Shown here: positions 18,972-28,775 of the stretch, one piece after another | Layout of the letters: each line of letters begins with the position of its first letter | Numbering within the stretch: position 1 is the first letter of the stretch | NCBI GenBank assembly: GCA_965248445.1 | Contig: CBDFJG010000004.1 | Span: forward strand, 224,001 to 288,000 | Direction of reading: 5' to 3' | Length of the DNA: 64,000 nucleotides | DNA from: Planctomycetota bacterium | GTDB taxonomy: Bacteria; Planctomycetota; JAJSAM01; JAJVHW01 | The notes under the pieces: generated by a model | Told to the model about the DNA's origin: nothing | Databases searched by the model: none | Seen by the model: only the letters and a program-made list of their open reading frames with translations | Program-made: the position numbers and the translations under genes

Positions 18972-19855
18972 CAGCGCCTCCCCTTCGCGGTCTTGACTTC
19001 GCTGGCGAGCATGACGGGCGCAGGTCCGGAAATGGACCCGTCCTTACGGATGCGCCAGAAGTGCACGATCATGAACGTGCCGCCGACGAGCGGCAGCGCG
19101 ACGCAGTGCCAGATGTACGCTCGAAGCAACGCATTCGCGTCGACGATCGAGCCCCCCAGCATCGCGAATCGGATGTCGTTGTAGGCCGACGCGCCGATCT
19201 CCGGGCCGAAGGGACCCTCGTGACCGATGAGTGGCGTTGCGCGCGCCATGTTCGTGCCGACCGTGACCGCCCAGAAGCCGAGCTGGTCGTCCGGCAGCAG
19301 GTAGCCGGTGAACGAGAGCAGCATGGTCACGAGGAGCAGGATCACGCCGACGTTCCAGTTGAATTCGCGTGGCGGCTTGTACGAGCCGGTCATGAACACG
19401 CGCATCTGGTGCATCCAGACGGTGATGATCATGGCGTGCGCCGCCCAGCGGTGGAGGTTGCGCAGGAAGTTGCCGAACGGCACGTCGTTCTTGAGGTAGA
19501 GGATGTCGCGGAACGCGTCCGCCTTCGACGGGTGGTAATAGAACATGAGCGCCACGCCCGTGAGGGTCAGGATCAGGAACAGGTAGAACGTGATCCCGCC
19601 CATGCCCCACGTGAACGTGTAGCGCACGGCGTCGCGGTTGAGCTTGGCAGGATGCAGGTGCAGGAACACGTTCGAGAGCACCGCGAGCGAACGGTTGCGC
19701 GGCGTGTCGTCGACCTTGTGGCGGAAAATCGAACGCCACATCGACGTCTCGAACGGGTTCTGCAGCCACTTCTTGTGAAGCGGCACGGCCTCCTTGGCCT
19801 TGTCGATGACGTCGCCGAGGCCGGGCGTGTCATCCGGGGGAGTCTTGGGAACCAT
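18971..19855 (-). CDS. qcrB: Cytochrome b (b6-like N-terminal half)
   Basis: [37 protein letters not shown] heme b ligands. Confidence 0.9.
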   Translation of the reverse strand: MVPKTPPDDTPGLGDVIDKAKEAVPLHKKWLQNPFETSMWRSIFRHKVDDTPRNRSLAVLSNVFLHLHPAKLNRDAVRYTFTWGMGGITFYLFLILTLTGVALMFYYHPSKADAFRDILYLKNDVPFGNFLRNLHRWAAHAMIITVWMHQMRVFMTGSYKPPREFNWNVGVILLLVTMLLSFTGYLLPDDQLGFWAVTVGTNMARATPLIGHEGPFGPEIGASAYNDIRFAMLGGSIVDANALLRAYIWHCVALPLVGGTFMIVHFWRIRKDGSISGPAPVMLASEVKTAKGRR

Positions 19856-19926
19856 CCATGCCCTCTTGTTCTGCCGTTGCACTCATGCCCGGCGCGGACC
19901 TGGCCCGCGCGTCGCGCCGCTCTGCG

Positions 19927-20529
19927 CTAGATGTACGACTCGCGGTCGTTCCAGTCGTCCTGTCCGAACACCCTCAGCTTGTCGACGACGATCTGTCCGT
20001 CGGCCGCGAGCGAGACCTTGGTGCGGTCCATCGGTCGCGGCGCCGGGCCCTCGAAGTTGACGCCGGCTGAGTCGTAACCCGAGCCGTGGCACGGGCACTT
20101 GAACTTGTTCGCCGAAGAAACCCAGTCCGGCGTGCAGCCGAGGTGCGTGCAGATGGCGCTGATGACGAAGAGCTTCTCCGCATCGCGCACGACCCAGATG
20201 CGGTATTGCGACTGCCAGCGCGAGTCCACTCCGAACGAGTAGTCCGACGGGTACCCGATCTTGAAGGTCGTCGGCGGCTCGAACAGCGTGCGCGGGAAGA
20301 AGAACTTCACGGTCCCGAGCGTGAAGATGCCGAGGACGCCGGTCAGTCCGAACCAAGTGAACGTGCGGCGGCGCAGCTGTGTCTGCGTGCGGTCCGGCTC
20401 CAGATCCGTACCGCGCTGCTTCGGCGGACGCGGCCGGCGCGGCACCGCTGCTCCGGGCGCACGCGGCATGGTCGCCCCCACCGAACTGGATCCGGGCAGC
20501 GGCGGCGAGCCCGGCTGTGCATCGGACAT
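19927..20529 (-). CDS. qcrA: Rieske iron-sulfur subunit
   Basis: Tat-like LRRRTF plus TM; CTHLGC and CPCHGS; GPAPRP. Confidence 0.93.
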   Translation of the reverse strand: MSDAQPGSPPLPGSSSVGATMPRAPGAAVPRRPRPPKQRGTDLEPDRTQTQLRRRTFTWFGLTGVLGIFTLGTVKFFFPRTLFEPPTTFKIGYPSDYSFGVDSRWQSQYRIWVVRDAEKLFVISAICTHLGCTPDWVSSANKFKCPCHGSGYDSAGVNFEGPAPRPMDRTKVSLAADGQIVVDKLRVFGQDDWNDRESYI

Positions 20530-20879
20530 AACGGTCTGCTCCTCGCAACGAGCTTGGACCCGGGGGCTGCGGTTGGCGCCGACCGGCACCGCGGATCTCC
20601 CGTTCCCAAGCACTCGCGGCCGCTGGGCCACGGAATGGCGGGTCATCGTAGGAAAGGGCTGCGGGGGGTCCAACTTCCCTCGGGAGGATCGCGCGGGTGG
20701 CGTGACGCCGCTTGCCGGAAGCGGTTCGGACTCCCCGCGGATGGTGCATCTCGGCGCCCCGTGGCAGATCGGGCGCAGCCGAGGCCATCCCAAGCCCCCG
20801 CCCACCCTCGAGGGGAAGGACGCACGGCCCAATGCCGAGGTCTCACTCGTCGGGGTCACATCGGCGGCGCGATCTGCGC

Positions 20880-21191
20880 TCAGTACTCGAAGACGCCGTA
20901 GTCCAGCTCGACCTCGGTGGTCGGCGTCATGTCGATCGCGTCCCACGGGCAGCCCTCGAGGTAGATGCCCATCTTGCCCTTGGAGATGCACTGCTTGCAG
21001 CCGATGCACTTGAGGGGATCGACCCAGATGTAGCCGAACGGGTTGTTCGTGTCGTCGTGGATGAGCTGCATGCAGTTCTCCACGGGACAGAGCGTCTGGC
21101 AGACCGGCGAGCCCGCGCAGCCGGTGCAGGCGTCATTGATGACGGCCAGCTCCTTGGGCTTGCGCTTGCGCTTGTTGGTCAGCTGGGGCAT
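20880..21191 (-). CDS. Dicluster-type 4Fe-4S ferredoxin
   Basis: CTGCAGSPVCQTLCP and CIGCKQC...GCPWDAI. Confidence 0.88.
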   Translation of the reverse strand: MPQLTNKRKRKPKELAVINDACTGCAGSPVCQTLCPVENCMQLIHDDTNNPFGYIWVDPLKCIGCKQCISKGKMGIYLEGCPWDAIDMTPTTEVELDYGVFEY

Positions 21192-21291
21192 CGCGCGACG
21201 GCCTCCGTACGGACTCGGTCTCGCCTCTGGGTGGGCACATGGTGCCGAACGGGTAACCCGCCGTGGTGGATTTTCGCTTCCCGGGCCACCG

Positions 21292-21819
21292 TCAGAAGCC
21301 CTCTCGAGCCAGGGCACGATCGATGTGCTCCTGCAGATCGTCCGCCTGCCACAAGCCCGGCCGGTGAAACAGCTTCCGGCCCTGGAAGAACAAGAGGTAG
21401 GCGGGGGGCACGAAGTCGGGGAAGCGTTCCATGACCCCCGGCGCGTCGTGGATCTCGAGGTAGCCCACCTTCATGGCGCCGCGGTTCATGTAGGCGAGGA
21501 CCTCGGTCTGGGACTTGGCCGCCCGGTTGGTGATGTTCCACTCCTCTGCGAAGTGGACCAATACAGGCTGACGGGCCCCGAGCACCTCCTCCTCGAACGT
21601 CGTGTCGTCCCACACCGGAAGCGTGGAGGGGCTCGACTTGGCCCGCCGCACGGCCAGGTAAGTCATCAGCACGACCGGCAGGACGACGAGCAGCACTAGG
21701 ATCACGTCGAAGAACGTGCGCTGGCCCTCGACCTCATCGGAGACCGGCGGCGCACCGTCCTGCGCCGCGGCGGCCGCCGCGAGGATGAGCAGCCAGATCA
21801 CCGCGAGGGCATGGCGCAT
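21292..21819 (-). CDS. Membrane-anchored thioredoxin-fold protein lacking CxxC
   Basis: Signal peptide plus TM, then TFEEEVL..QPVLVHFAEEWNITN; WCxxC replaced. Confidence 0.7.
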   Translation of the reverse strand: MRHALAVIWLLILAAAAAAQDGAPPVSDEVEGQRTFFDVILVLLVVLPVVLMTYLAVRRAKSSPSTLPVWDDTTFEEEVLGARQPVLVHFAEEWNITNRAAKSQTEVLAYMNRGAMKVGYLEIHDAPGVMERFPDFVPPAYLLFFQGRKLFHRPGLWQADDLQEHIDRALAREGF

Positions 21820-22325
21820 CACGACGCCGTCTCCGTTCGGAGGAGCGCGGCCGCCCGCCGCTTCTCGACGCGCCAGCGGCGCATCGTGATCAGCCACGCC
21901 ACCGGGCCCGGTCCGCTGACCAATGCCGCCGCCAGCGCCACCTGCGCGCGACTCATCTGCGCCGTCGGTGGGAAGGCAACGAACAGCAGCACGACGGCGA
22001 CGACCGTCAGCGGCACGAGGATCGTGACCGTCCACGAGCGGAGCCCGGCGTCGCGCAGCAGAGTCGAAGCCATGACCGCCCACGCTCCGAGGAACCCGCA
22101 GAGGAACACCGCGATTTCCCGCCACCAGCCGCCGGGCTCGCGGAACACGAAGTGCGGGATCAGGCGTGTCAGGGCGATCGCCTGGAGAACCACGTACAGC
22201 CCGGCCGCGTGCAACAGGCTCTTGGCCATGTCGCGCACGTGCCAGTCGTACTGCGCGAGCGACATCCCCGCGCGCTCGGACGGAGGGGCGGACGCGGGCA
22301 CGTCGTCGGGTGAAGTCTGCGCCAT
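21819..22325 (-). CDS. Hypothetical membrane protein (about 4 TM)
   Basis: Hydrophobic segments; abuts the next gene. Confidence 0.55.
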   Translation of the reverse strand: MAQTSPDDVPASAPPSERAGMSLAQYDWHVRDMAKSLLHAAGLYVVLQAIALTRLIPHFVFREPGGWWREIAVFLCGFLGAWAVMASTLLRDAGLRSWTVTILVPLTVVAVVLLFVAFPPTAQMSRAQVALAAALVSGPGPVAWLITMRRWRVEKRRAAALLRTETAS

Positions 22326-22534
22326 CTCTGCAAGGTACCGCGCCATCCGCGTCAGCCGATGGGGCCAGACAACCGCGCCCCGATCGGCCAGGAGAATCGC
22401 GCCATCCGCGTCAGCGGATGGGCCAGGGAAACGATGCGGGCGACCTCGACGTGTGTCGAGATCGCCCGCCTGCGGAGTTTCCCCCGGCCTACTTCGTGTC
22501 ACTGCAGGTGCGCGTGACTACCGGCCCCGCGCGT

Positions 22535-24367
22535 CTACCACTTGTGCGCGAGCCAGTCCTTCTGGAGCTGGTCGAGGTCGAGGCCCCTGGTGGCTTCCTT
22601 GAGCGACTCACCGTGCCACTGGGCGGGCTCGATGACGTCCGATGTGACGCTGCCCGGGCCATCGAGTTCGCCACCGGCCGTGCCGCCTTCGCCTTCGCCT
22701 TCGCCTTCACCCTCGCCCTCGCCGGTCGGCTCACCGTCGTCGCCCTCGCCACCGCCCCCGCCGGGGTTGAACCCGTCCTCGAGCGCCTTCTCGCGGCCCT
22801 GGGTGACGAACGACTTCAGCGTGTTGAAGTACGTCGGGAGGATCTTCTGATACTCCTTGTTCTTCGTCGTGCGCAGGAAGTAGATGAACGACCAGCCCAG
22901 CGCGTAGTTGGCGCCGGCGGGGATGCCGAACTCGTTGCTGCCGTAATACTGCCGCTGGCGCCAGGTCAGCCACTCGCGCAAGTGGAGGATCTCAGGCTTC
23001 TCCTCAGCGGTGTCCGCACCGTCCCCGGTGACCGGCCCGCTCGGAGCCGCCGTGGTCGTCTTGCGACGGATGCCTTCCTCCCACTTGCGCTTCGCCTTGC
23101 GCGCTTCCTCGGTGCGCCAGCCGAACACGTCTCGCTTGAACTTGCCGCCCTTGTAGACGTGGCCGGAGAAGAAGTCGCCGTGGCCCTCGTTGAACCACGA
23201 GTGCGGGGAGACCTCACCGACGGAGTAGAAGATGTACTGGTGGAACGCCTCGTGATAGAGGACGCGGATTGCGTCCTTCTTGTCGTTCTTGTCCTGATAG
23301 AGCACGAGCTCTTCGTGGTACGACGACCAGTAGCCCGCTGAACTGCGCGGCGCGCCGTACGCCATGTACTGATCGCGCGTCTCGCAGATGCGCACAATGC
23401 TGACGTCGAAGAACTCACGGTCCGCGGGGAAGACGACCTCGTAGACCTGCTTGCGTAGCGCCTCGATCTCCTTGGCGACGCGATCGACGATCTTCTTCTT
23501 GTTCACGTCTTCGTCGTAGACGACGAGGTAGTTGTCGGTGCGCTTGTACTTCCAGCCCTTGATGATCTTCTCTTTCACGAACTTCGTGAGCTTCTCACGG
23601 ACTTCCTCGGGGTCCTTGTCGCGGAGGAACTTGGACTCGTCGTCACCCGACTTGTTCTTGAGCTCGCGCCGTTTGAACGACTTGACGGTCGCCTCGAACT
23701 GCTTGCGGAACTTCTTGGCGAACTTCACGTCGACGTAGCCGTAGAAGCCGAGTTCGATGATCTCGGTCTCGGTCTCCCACCCGGTCGTCGCGAGCCAGAG
23801 CCACCACGTCGCCCTGGTGCCCTTCGGCCGCTTCTTGTGGTAGTTGACCTCGAGGATGCGGCACTCGTGCTTCGAGGCGGTCTTGATGTACTTGGGCTTC
23901 TTCTGTGCCTCGATGCGCTCGGCGTACGGAACGACCTCACCGAACAGGTGCTTTTGCCAGGTCATCATCTCGTTGACCTCGGTCTCGAGGTTCTTCTTCG
24001 TGCCCTGCATGGCGAACCGCAGGTACGACGCCTTCATCTCGTCGGTCCACTCCTCCGATCCCTCAGGCAGTTCGACCTCGTCGGCGGCGAGCTCGCCCTT
24101 GGGCTTCACCGTCCAGATGATCTTGAACGTGGGCTGGTCGGCGGAGTACCGCTTGTACACGGGCGAGGGGTCCTTGAACTCCGCCGCGATGTGCATGTCG
24201 TCGTCGCCGGGCTTCGGGGGGACCTGCTCGAACGAGTCCTCGACCGAGCACGTGAATCCGCGGATCGGATCCTTGTGGGTCTTCTTCCTGGCGTACGCGG
24301 GTTGCGTGGGAGCCAACAGGGCCGCCGCAGCCACGAGGGCAACGGCGATGGCAGACAAGGTGCGCAT
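22535..24367 (-). CDS. Secreted DUF1570-like gluzincin metallopeptidase
   Basis: Signal peptide, HEAFHQY...WFNEG, YALGWSFIYFL. Confidence 0.8.
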   Translation of the reverse strand: MRTLSAIAVALVAAAALLAPTQPAYARKKTHKDPIRGFTCSVEDSFEQVPPKPGDDDMHIAAEFKDPSPVYKRYSADQPTFKIIWTVKPKGELAADEVELPEGSEEWTDEMKASYLRFAMQGTKKNLETEVNEMMTWQKHLFGEVVPYAERIEAQKKPKYIKTASKHECRILEVNYHKKRPKGTRATWWLWLATTGWETETEIIELGFYGYVDVKFAKKFRKQFEATVKSFKRRELKNKSGDDESKFLRDKDPEEVREKLTKFVKEKIIKGWKYKRTDNYLVVYDEDVNKKKIVDRVAKEIEALRKQVYEVVFPADREFFDVSIVRICETRDQYMAYGAPRSSAGYWSSYHEELVLYQDKNDKKDAIRVLYHEAFHQYIFYSVGEVSPHSWFNEGHGDFFSGHVYKGGKFKRDVFGWRTEEARKAKRKWEEGIRRKTTTAAPSGPVTGDGADTAEEKPEILHLREWLTWRQRQYYGSNEFGIPAGANYALGWSFIYFLRTTKNKEYQKILPTYFNTLKSFVTQGREKALEDGFNPGGGGGEGDDGEPTGEGEGEGEGEGEGGTAGGELDGPGSVTSDVIEPAQWHGESLKEATRGLDLDQLQKDWLAHKW

Positions 24368-24601
24368 CAGTGGGTCCTTCCTCTCTCGTCTCTCGACTCC
24401 CCCATGGGGAACGCCCGCTCCGGCGCCCGGTTCGAAAACAGGGCCGCACGCCCTATAGGACGCACGAGGACGGTCATCGTTCCCACATAGGTGTTGCATC
24501 GGCATCGACGGACCTCGGCCTGCGATCCGAGGCTGGTCCCCAAGACCGCGGCCGCCTCCCGCCATCGAGGCCGGTGGCAACCCGGATAGAGTAGCCGATC
24601 G

Positions 24602-24958
24602 ATGGATCCTAAGCTGATCTCGGCGGAGGGTTTTCGGGCCGCGTGCGAGGGCGCCCGGCCTGCGTTCGTGCTGGACGTGCGCGAGTCGGACGGCTTCGCC
24701 CTCGGACGCATCCCGGGCTCAGTGAATGTCCCGGTCCACGATCTCGGGCGCCGGCGGCGGGACCTGCCGGCCAGCACCATCGAGCGGATCTTGCTGGTCG
24801 GCGACGACCGGCATCGCACGCTCGCGGCGGCCCGGTTCCTCGACCTGATGGGCTTCGGCGATCTCGCCGTGCTCGACGGCGGCATCGCGGCCTGGGACGG
24901 TCCGCTTGAGCGGGACGAGGCCGCCGCGGATGCAGCGGCTGGCCCGGAGCCGTCGTGA
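24602..24958 (+). CDS. Rhodanese-like domain protein without catalytic Cys
   Basis: VLDVRE, GRIPGS.NVP, LDGGIAAW. Confidence 0.8.
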   Translation: MDPKLISAEGFRAACEGARPAFVLDVRESDGFALGRIPGSVNVPVHDLGRRRRDLPASTIERILLVGDDRHRTLAAARFLDLMGFGDLAVLDGGIAAWDGPLERDEAAADAAAGPEPS

Positions 24959-24966
24959 GCGGGCGT

Positions 24967-25893
24967 TCAGCCCAGATCGTCGTAGCGCAGCGGCGCCGTC
25001 GAGAGAGCGAACCGGTCGCCGTCACGAGCGACCAGGAAACCGGCGTCCCGCAGACCCTTCCAATCTCTCTGGAGGCTGCGGAGACTCGGGGCCCGCCGTC
25101 CCGCGTGCAGACCGACGTAGTCCTCGAAGCGGAGCGTGCGCCCCACGTCTCCGTCGTCCGGACCGCTCTCCGCGAACCAGCGCAACAACTGCTCTTGACG
25201 GGCACCGAGACCGGCTCCCCGCTCGTCCAGCCACCCGAGCAGGACGTGCCGCGCAGTCCATTCGCGCTGCACCTCCCGCGTCACGGCGAGCGCCTCGACG
25301 AGCCGGTGCGCGCGGGTGCTGGCGAAGGCGTCCGGATCCGGCCGGCGGGCGTGCCCGTTGCCACCCGCAGCCGGGGGTGGGATCAGCACCCGGTCGGCCT
25401 CGAAGCCGTCAGCGCCGAGGAGCAGGGCCTCGGCCGCGTGGGCGACGGCCTCCGCCGGAGCCGCGAACGGCTGCACGAGCCGCAGCAGGAAGTGCAGCGC
25501 AAACGCCCGGGCGGGCGGCGGCCAGACCTCGATGGCGACCGGCGCGTTCACCGTCTCGAGGAGCTCTTCCAGGAGGTCCGCCAGCCCCGCGGCCGGAGGA
25601 GCCGGCGTGCCCTGGAACGCATCACCCGGTCCGCGACGCAGTCCCTCCCCCCCGGCGGCCTTCGCGAGCATCGTCAGATGGTCCCGCCGGACGGTCAGCA
25701 GCCCGTCCTCGCGGGCCAGCGCGGCAGCGGCATCGAGCGCGGCGCCGGCAGCCGGCGGCGCCGCATTCCGGGACCGACACCACGCGCGGAATCGTTGCGC
25801 CGCCCCAGGCGGCAGGGGCGCCAAGAGGACCTCCTCGCGGAGCAGGCGGGCCGCGAAGAGGGGTTCGCGAAGGGCGGAGAGATCCTGGAACAT
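24967..25893 (-). CDS. Degenerate Fic-like protein with C-terminal HTH
   Basis: HFLLRLVQPFAAPAEAVAH aligns by eye to the Fic helix-loop; SLRSLQRDWKGLRDAGFL wHTH-like. Confidence 0.5.
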   Translation of the reverse strand: MFQDLSALREPLFAARLLREEVLLAPLPPGAAQRFRAWCRSRNAAPPAAGAALDAAAALAREDGLLTVRRDHLTMLAKAAGGEGLRRGPGDAFQGTPAPPAAGLADLLEELLETVNAPVAIEVWPPPARAFALHFLLRLVQPFAAPAEAVAHAAEALLLGADGFEADRVLIPPPAAGGNGHARRPDPDAFASTRAHRLVEALAVTREVQREWTARHVLLGWLDERGAGLGARQEQLLRWFAESGPDDGDVGRTLRFEDYVGLHAGRRAPSLRSLQRDWKGLRDAGFLVARDGDRFALSTAPLRYDDLG

Positions 25894-25899
25894 CGACGC

Positions 25900-26012
25900 C
25901 TTGATTGTCGTGCATCATATCTCTGTAAGTCTGATGAATTCCATGCTCTATGTCTTTATGGCTATTATTTTTGACGTGAAGTATGGCGTCCTTTTTGACG
26001 CCGGAGGAGGCT
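25900..26012. promoter_or_regulatory. AT-rich divergent promoter region
   Basis: Abrupt AT-rich ~100 nt between divergent genes; GGCGTC/GACGCC inverted repeat before GGAGG. Confidence 0.55.
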
Positions 26013-26015
26013 GAC

Positions 26016-26441
26016 ATGGCCACGATCTTCTCACGCATCATCTCCCGGGAACTGCCGGGCCACTTCGTCTGGCGGGACGAGCGCGCCGTGGCGTTCCTCT
26101 CCATCAACCCGCTCAAACCGGGCCACACCCTGGTCGTGCCGGTCGCTGAGATCGACCACTGGCTCGACCTCACCGGAGAGCTCGCAGCGCACTGCATGCG
26201 GGTGGCGCGGGCAGTCGGCCACGCGATCCGGCGGGTCCACAAGCCGACCAAGGTCGGTCTGATGATTGCGGGCCTCGAGGTGCCCCACTGCCACCTGCAC
26301 GTCGCACCCATCAACGGGGTGCACGACCTGGATTTCGCGAACGCCGCGAAGGAGGTGCCGCCGGCGGAGGAACTGGCGACGGAGGCGCGCCGTCTTCGAC
26401 GGGCGCTCTCGGCGCTCGAATACCACCACGGCGCGGACTGA
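26016..26441 (+). CDS. HIT family nucleotide hydrolase
   Basis: TIFSRII, PGHTLVVP, VPHCHLHV. Confidence 0.92.
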   Translation: MATIFSRIISRELPGHFVWRDERAVAFLSINPLKPGHTLVVPVAEIDHWLDLTGELAAHCMRVARAVGHAIRRVHKPTKVGLMIAGLEVPHCHLHVAPINGVHDLDFANAAKEVPPAEELATEARRLRRALSALEYHHGAD

Positions 26442-26468
26442 CGGAACGGCTCGGGCTGACGGACTCCG

Positions 26469-26930
26469 TCAGTCGGGCGGCTCGAGCAGCCGGGCGCGCT
26501 CCTCCGGGGTGGTCAGCCGCTCGATGTCGGGGAACAGTGCCCGCTCCTCCCGGTCGTGGTGGTGCGCCATGAGCGTCCGGAAGGCGTGCTCCCGGCCGAT
26601 CAGGAGGACAATCTCGCGGTGAAGCGCTGGGTCCTCGCGGTCGAGCGCGGCGGTCGCTTCGACGATCTCGGCGGCCATCGCGCGGAGCTTCTCGTGCTCC
26701 TCGCGGTAGAAGCGCGGCTCGCCGATGCGCGACCAGCCGCCTCCCTTCTCGAGCACCGGAAGCAGGCGCTCCTCTTCGTGACGTGCGTGCGCCTCGAGTG
26801 ACTCGTGCAGTTCGCCCGCCAGGTCGCGCGCCGTCGCGAGATCGCCGCGCACAAGTGCCTCCTGATGCGCGAGAAGTGACTCGAGCAACTCGGAGTGGTC
26901 GTCGCGCAGCGCTTCGAATGCCTCGGTCAT
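26469..26930 (-). CDS. Hemerythrin/HHE domain protein
   Basis: DDH, HARHEE, EEH, HHDREERALFP. Confidence 0.8.
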   Translation of the reverse strand: MTEAFEALRDDHSELLESLLAHQEALVRGDLATARDLAGELHESLEAHARHEEERLLPVLEKGGGWSRIGEPRFYREEHEKLRAMAAEIVEATAALDREDPALHREIVLLIGREHAFRTLMAHHHDREERALFPDIERLTTPEERARLLEPPD

Positions 26931-27017
26931 GGTCCTCGAGCATACCGGGGCAGGCGCGGGCGCGCGGAGGCCCCTCCCCCGGCGACCCCGGGATCGGGCG
27001 GGGGTCCCGCCCCCTTG

Positions 27018-27968
27018 TCAGCGCGTCGCGGGACGCAACTCGATCAGCGTGATCTCGGGACGTGCCCAGAAGCGCACGCGTGGGGCGCTTCCGCCCTCCA
27101 TGCCCACGCCACGGCTCACATGCAGCGCCATGCCGTCCACGTCGTACAAGCCGCTCTCGTAGCGTTTCCCGTGGCGCGAGAACGTGATCAGCGCACCGAA
27201 GAACGGCAGGGCCACCTGGCCGCCGTGCGTGTGACCGGCGACCATCAAGTCGACCGTGCTGCCGCGGTGCGCGTGAGGAACGACCTCCGGGTGGGGCGGA
27301 TGGAACAGCGCAACTGTCGGGAAACGCGGATCCGCGTCACGCAGGGCGTCGGCGATGCCGTCTTCGTCCGACATCGGCGCGCCGACGAGTTGCAACGCGG
27401 TTCCGCGCACCGGCACGCGCACGAGTCGTCCGTCGAGAACCGTCGCCTTGGTGGGGGCGTCGAACTGGCCGGCGTCCGGCACATTCCAGATATCCCAGTT
27501 CCCGCGGACGGCGTAGACCGGCGCGACTGCGGCCAGACGTTCGATGCAAGCGCGGAACACGGGAAGCGCTTCCACGGAATTCACTGCATCGCCCGTGAAC
27601 ACGATCACATCCGGCGAGAGGTCCCGCGCGGCATCGGCCACGCGGTCTTCGAGTCGCGACTGCGGGTCGCTCTGCAGGTCCGAGACGTGCAGCACGCGGA
27701 TGGGGGGCGTACCCGGTGCGAGCTTGGTGGTGGAGACGCTGATCTGCCGCACGTCCAGCCAGTAGGGCTCGATGAACCGCCCGTACGCCATGCAGAGAAC
27801 GCCGAGCGCGCCCGCTGCCAGTATCCCCTTCGCGAGTTTCCCGAGCGGTGCCGACTTGCCGCGCCTCCGGGCGCTCACGTAGCGCACGACGACGAACAGC
27901 ACCAGTGCATAGACCGCCGCCAGAGCCGTCACGAAGAGCAACACGCGGAGCATCTCGATTCTCAGCAC
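27018..27968 (-). CDS. Membrane-anchored metallophosphoesterase (YkuE-like)
   Basis: SDLQ, TGD, GNWD, GHTHGGQ, SRGVG, RPEI. Confidence 0.88.
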   Translation of the reverse strand: MLRIEMLRVLLFVTALAAVYALVLFVVVRYVSARRRGKSAPLGKLAKGILAAGALGVLCMAYGRFIEPYWLDVRQISVSTTKLAPGTPPIRVLHVSDLQSDPQSRLEDRVADAARDLSPDVIVFTGDAVNSVEALPVFRACIERLAAVAPVYAVRGNWDIWNVPDAGQFDAPTKATVLDGRLVRVPVRGTALQLVGAPMSDEDGIADALRDADPRFPTVALFHPPHPEVVPHAHRGSTVDLMVAGHTHGGQVALPFFGALITFSRHGKRYESGLYDVDGMALHVSRGVGMEGGSAPRVRFWARPEITLIELRPATR

Positions 27969-28094
27969 CAGCGGTGGGGGTCTCCGGAGTCGGGCACGCG
28001 CCGGGTTGGACGGATGGGAGTCCGGTCACATACTCGCCGTTCCTGGGAACCTCGCGGTCGCTCGGGGGCCCCGGATATCCTCCCGGGCTCGACT

Positions 28095-28775
28095 ATGAGA
28101 TCTCCCACTCCCGCCGTCGCCCCCCTCCGGATCGTCCGCCCGGGCTCCGTCTCGTACCGCGACGCGTGGGAGATGCAGCGAGAGGCGGCACGGGCACTGC
28201 GCGCTGACGAGGGCCCCGAGACACTGTTCCTGCTCCAGCATCCGCCGGTGGTGACGCTCGGGCGGCGGGCGCGGGACGACGGGCACCTGCTCGTGCCTCG
28301 CGAGGAACTCGAGAAGCGCGGCTTCGAGGTCGTGGACACGGACCGCGGCGGCGACGTCACGTTTCACGGGCCCGGGCAGATCGTCGGTTACCCCATCCTC
28401 GACCTGCGCAAGCGGCGCAGCGGACCACGCGGACACCTCCAGTTCATGGAGGAGGTGCTGCTCCACGTGCTCGCGACGTACGGGATCCGCGCGTTCCGCG
28501 ATCCGGAGCACACCGGAGTGTGGACGGAGCAGGGCAAGATCGTCGCCATGGGCATCCGTGTCTCCGCGGGCATATCGCTCCACGGCTTCGCGTTGAACGT
28601 CGCGGCGGAGTTGCAGGGGTTCGGGATGATCGTTCCCTGCGGCATCGACGGCCGCGCCGTCGCCTCGATGACGGGGATGCTCGGCGAGGCGCCGGACATC
28701 GACGACGTCATGGACCGGATCGCGGAGACGTTCCGCACGGCGCCGAGTGAATGGGGACGTACGAGCAAGGCATGA
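28095..28775 (+). CDS. lipB: Lipoyl(octanoyl) transferase
   Basis: HPPVVTLG, RGGDVTFHGPGQ, HGFALN, IVPCG. Confidence 0.95.
   Translation: MRSPTPAVAPLRIVRPGSVSYRDAWEMQREAARALRADEGPETLFLLQHPPVVTLGRRARDDGHLLVPREELEKRGFEVVDTDRGGDVTFHGPGQIVGYPILDLRKRRSGPRGHLQFMEEVLLHVLATYGIRAFRDPEHTGVWTEQGKIVAMGIRVSAGISLHGFALNVAAELQGFGMIVPCGIDGRAVASMTGMLGEAPDIDDVMDRIAETFRTAPSEWGRTSKA

Noticed and set aside
20530..20880. Structured ncRNA or riboswitch in the long spacer
   Set aside because: No family motif was recognisable by eye, and GC-rich pairing is expected by chance.
22680..22765. GCCTTC/GCCCTC hexamer repeat
   Set aside because: Encodes a Gly-Glu low-complexity linker within the peptidase, not a separate element.
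24602..24958. Second selenoprotein in the Cys-less rhodanese or thioredoxin
   Set aside because: Their active-site positions are ordinary sense codons, with no in-frame TGA.
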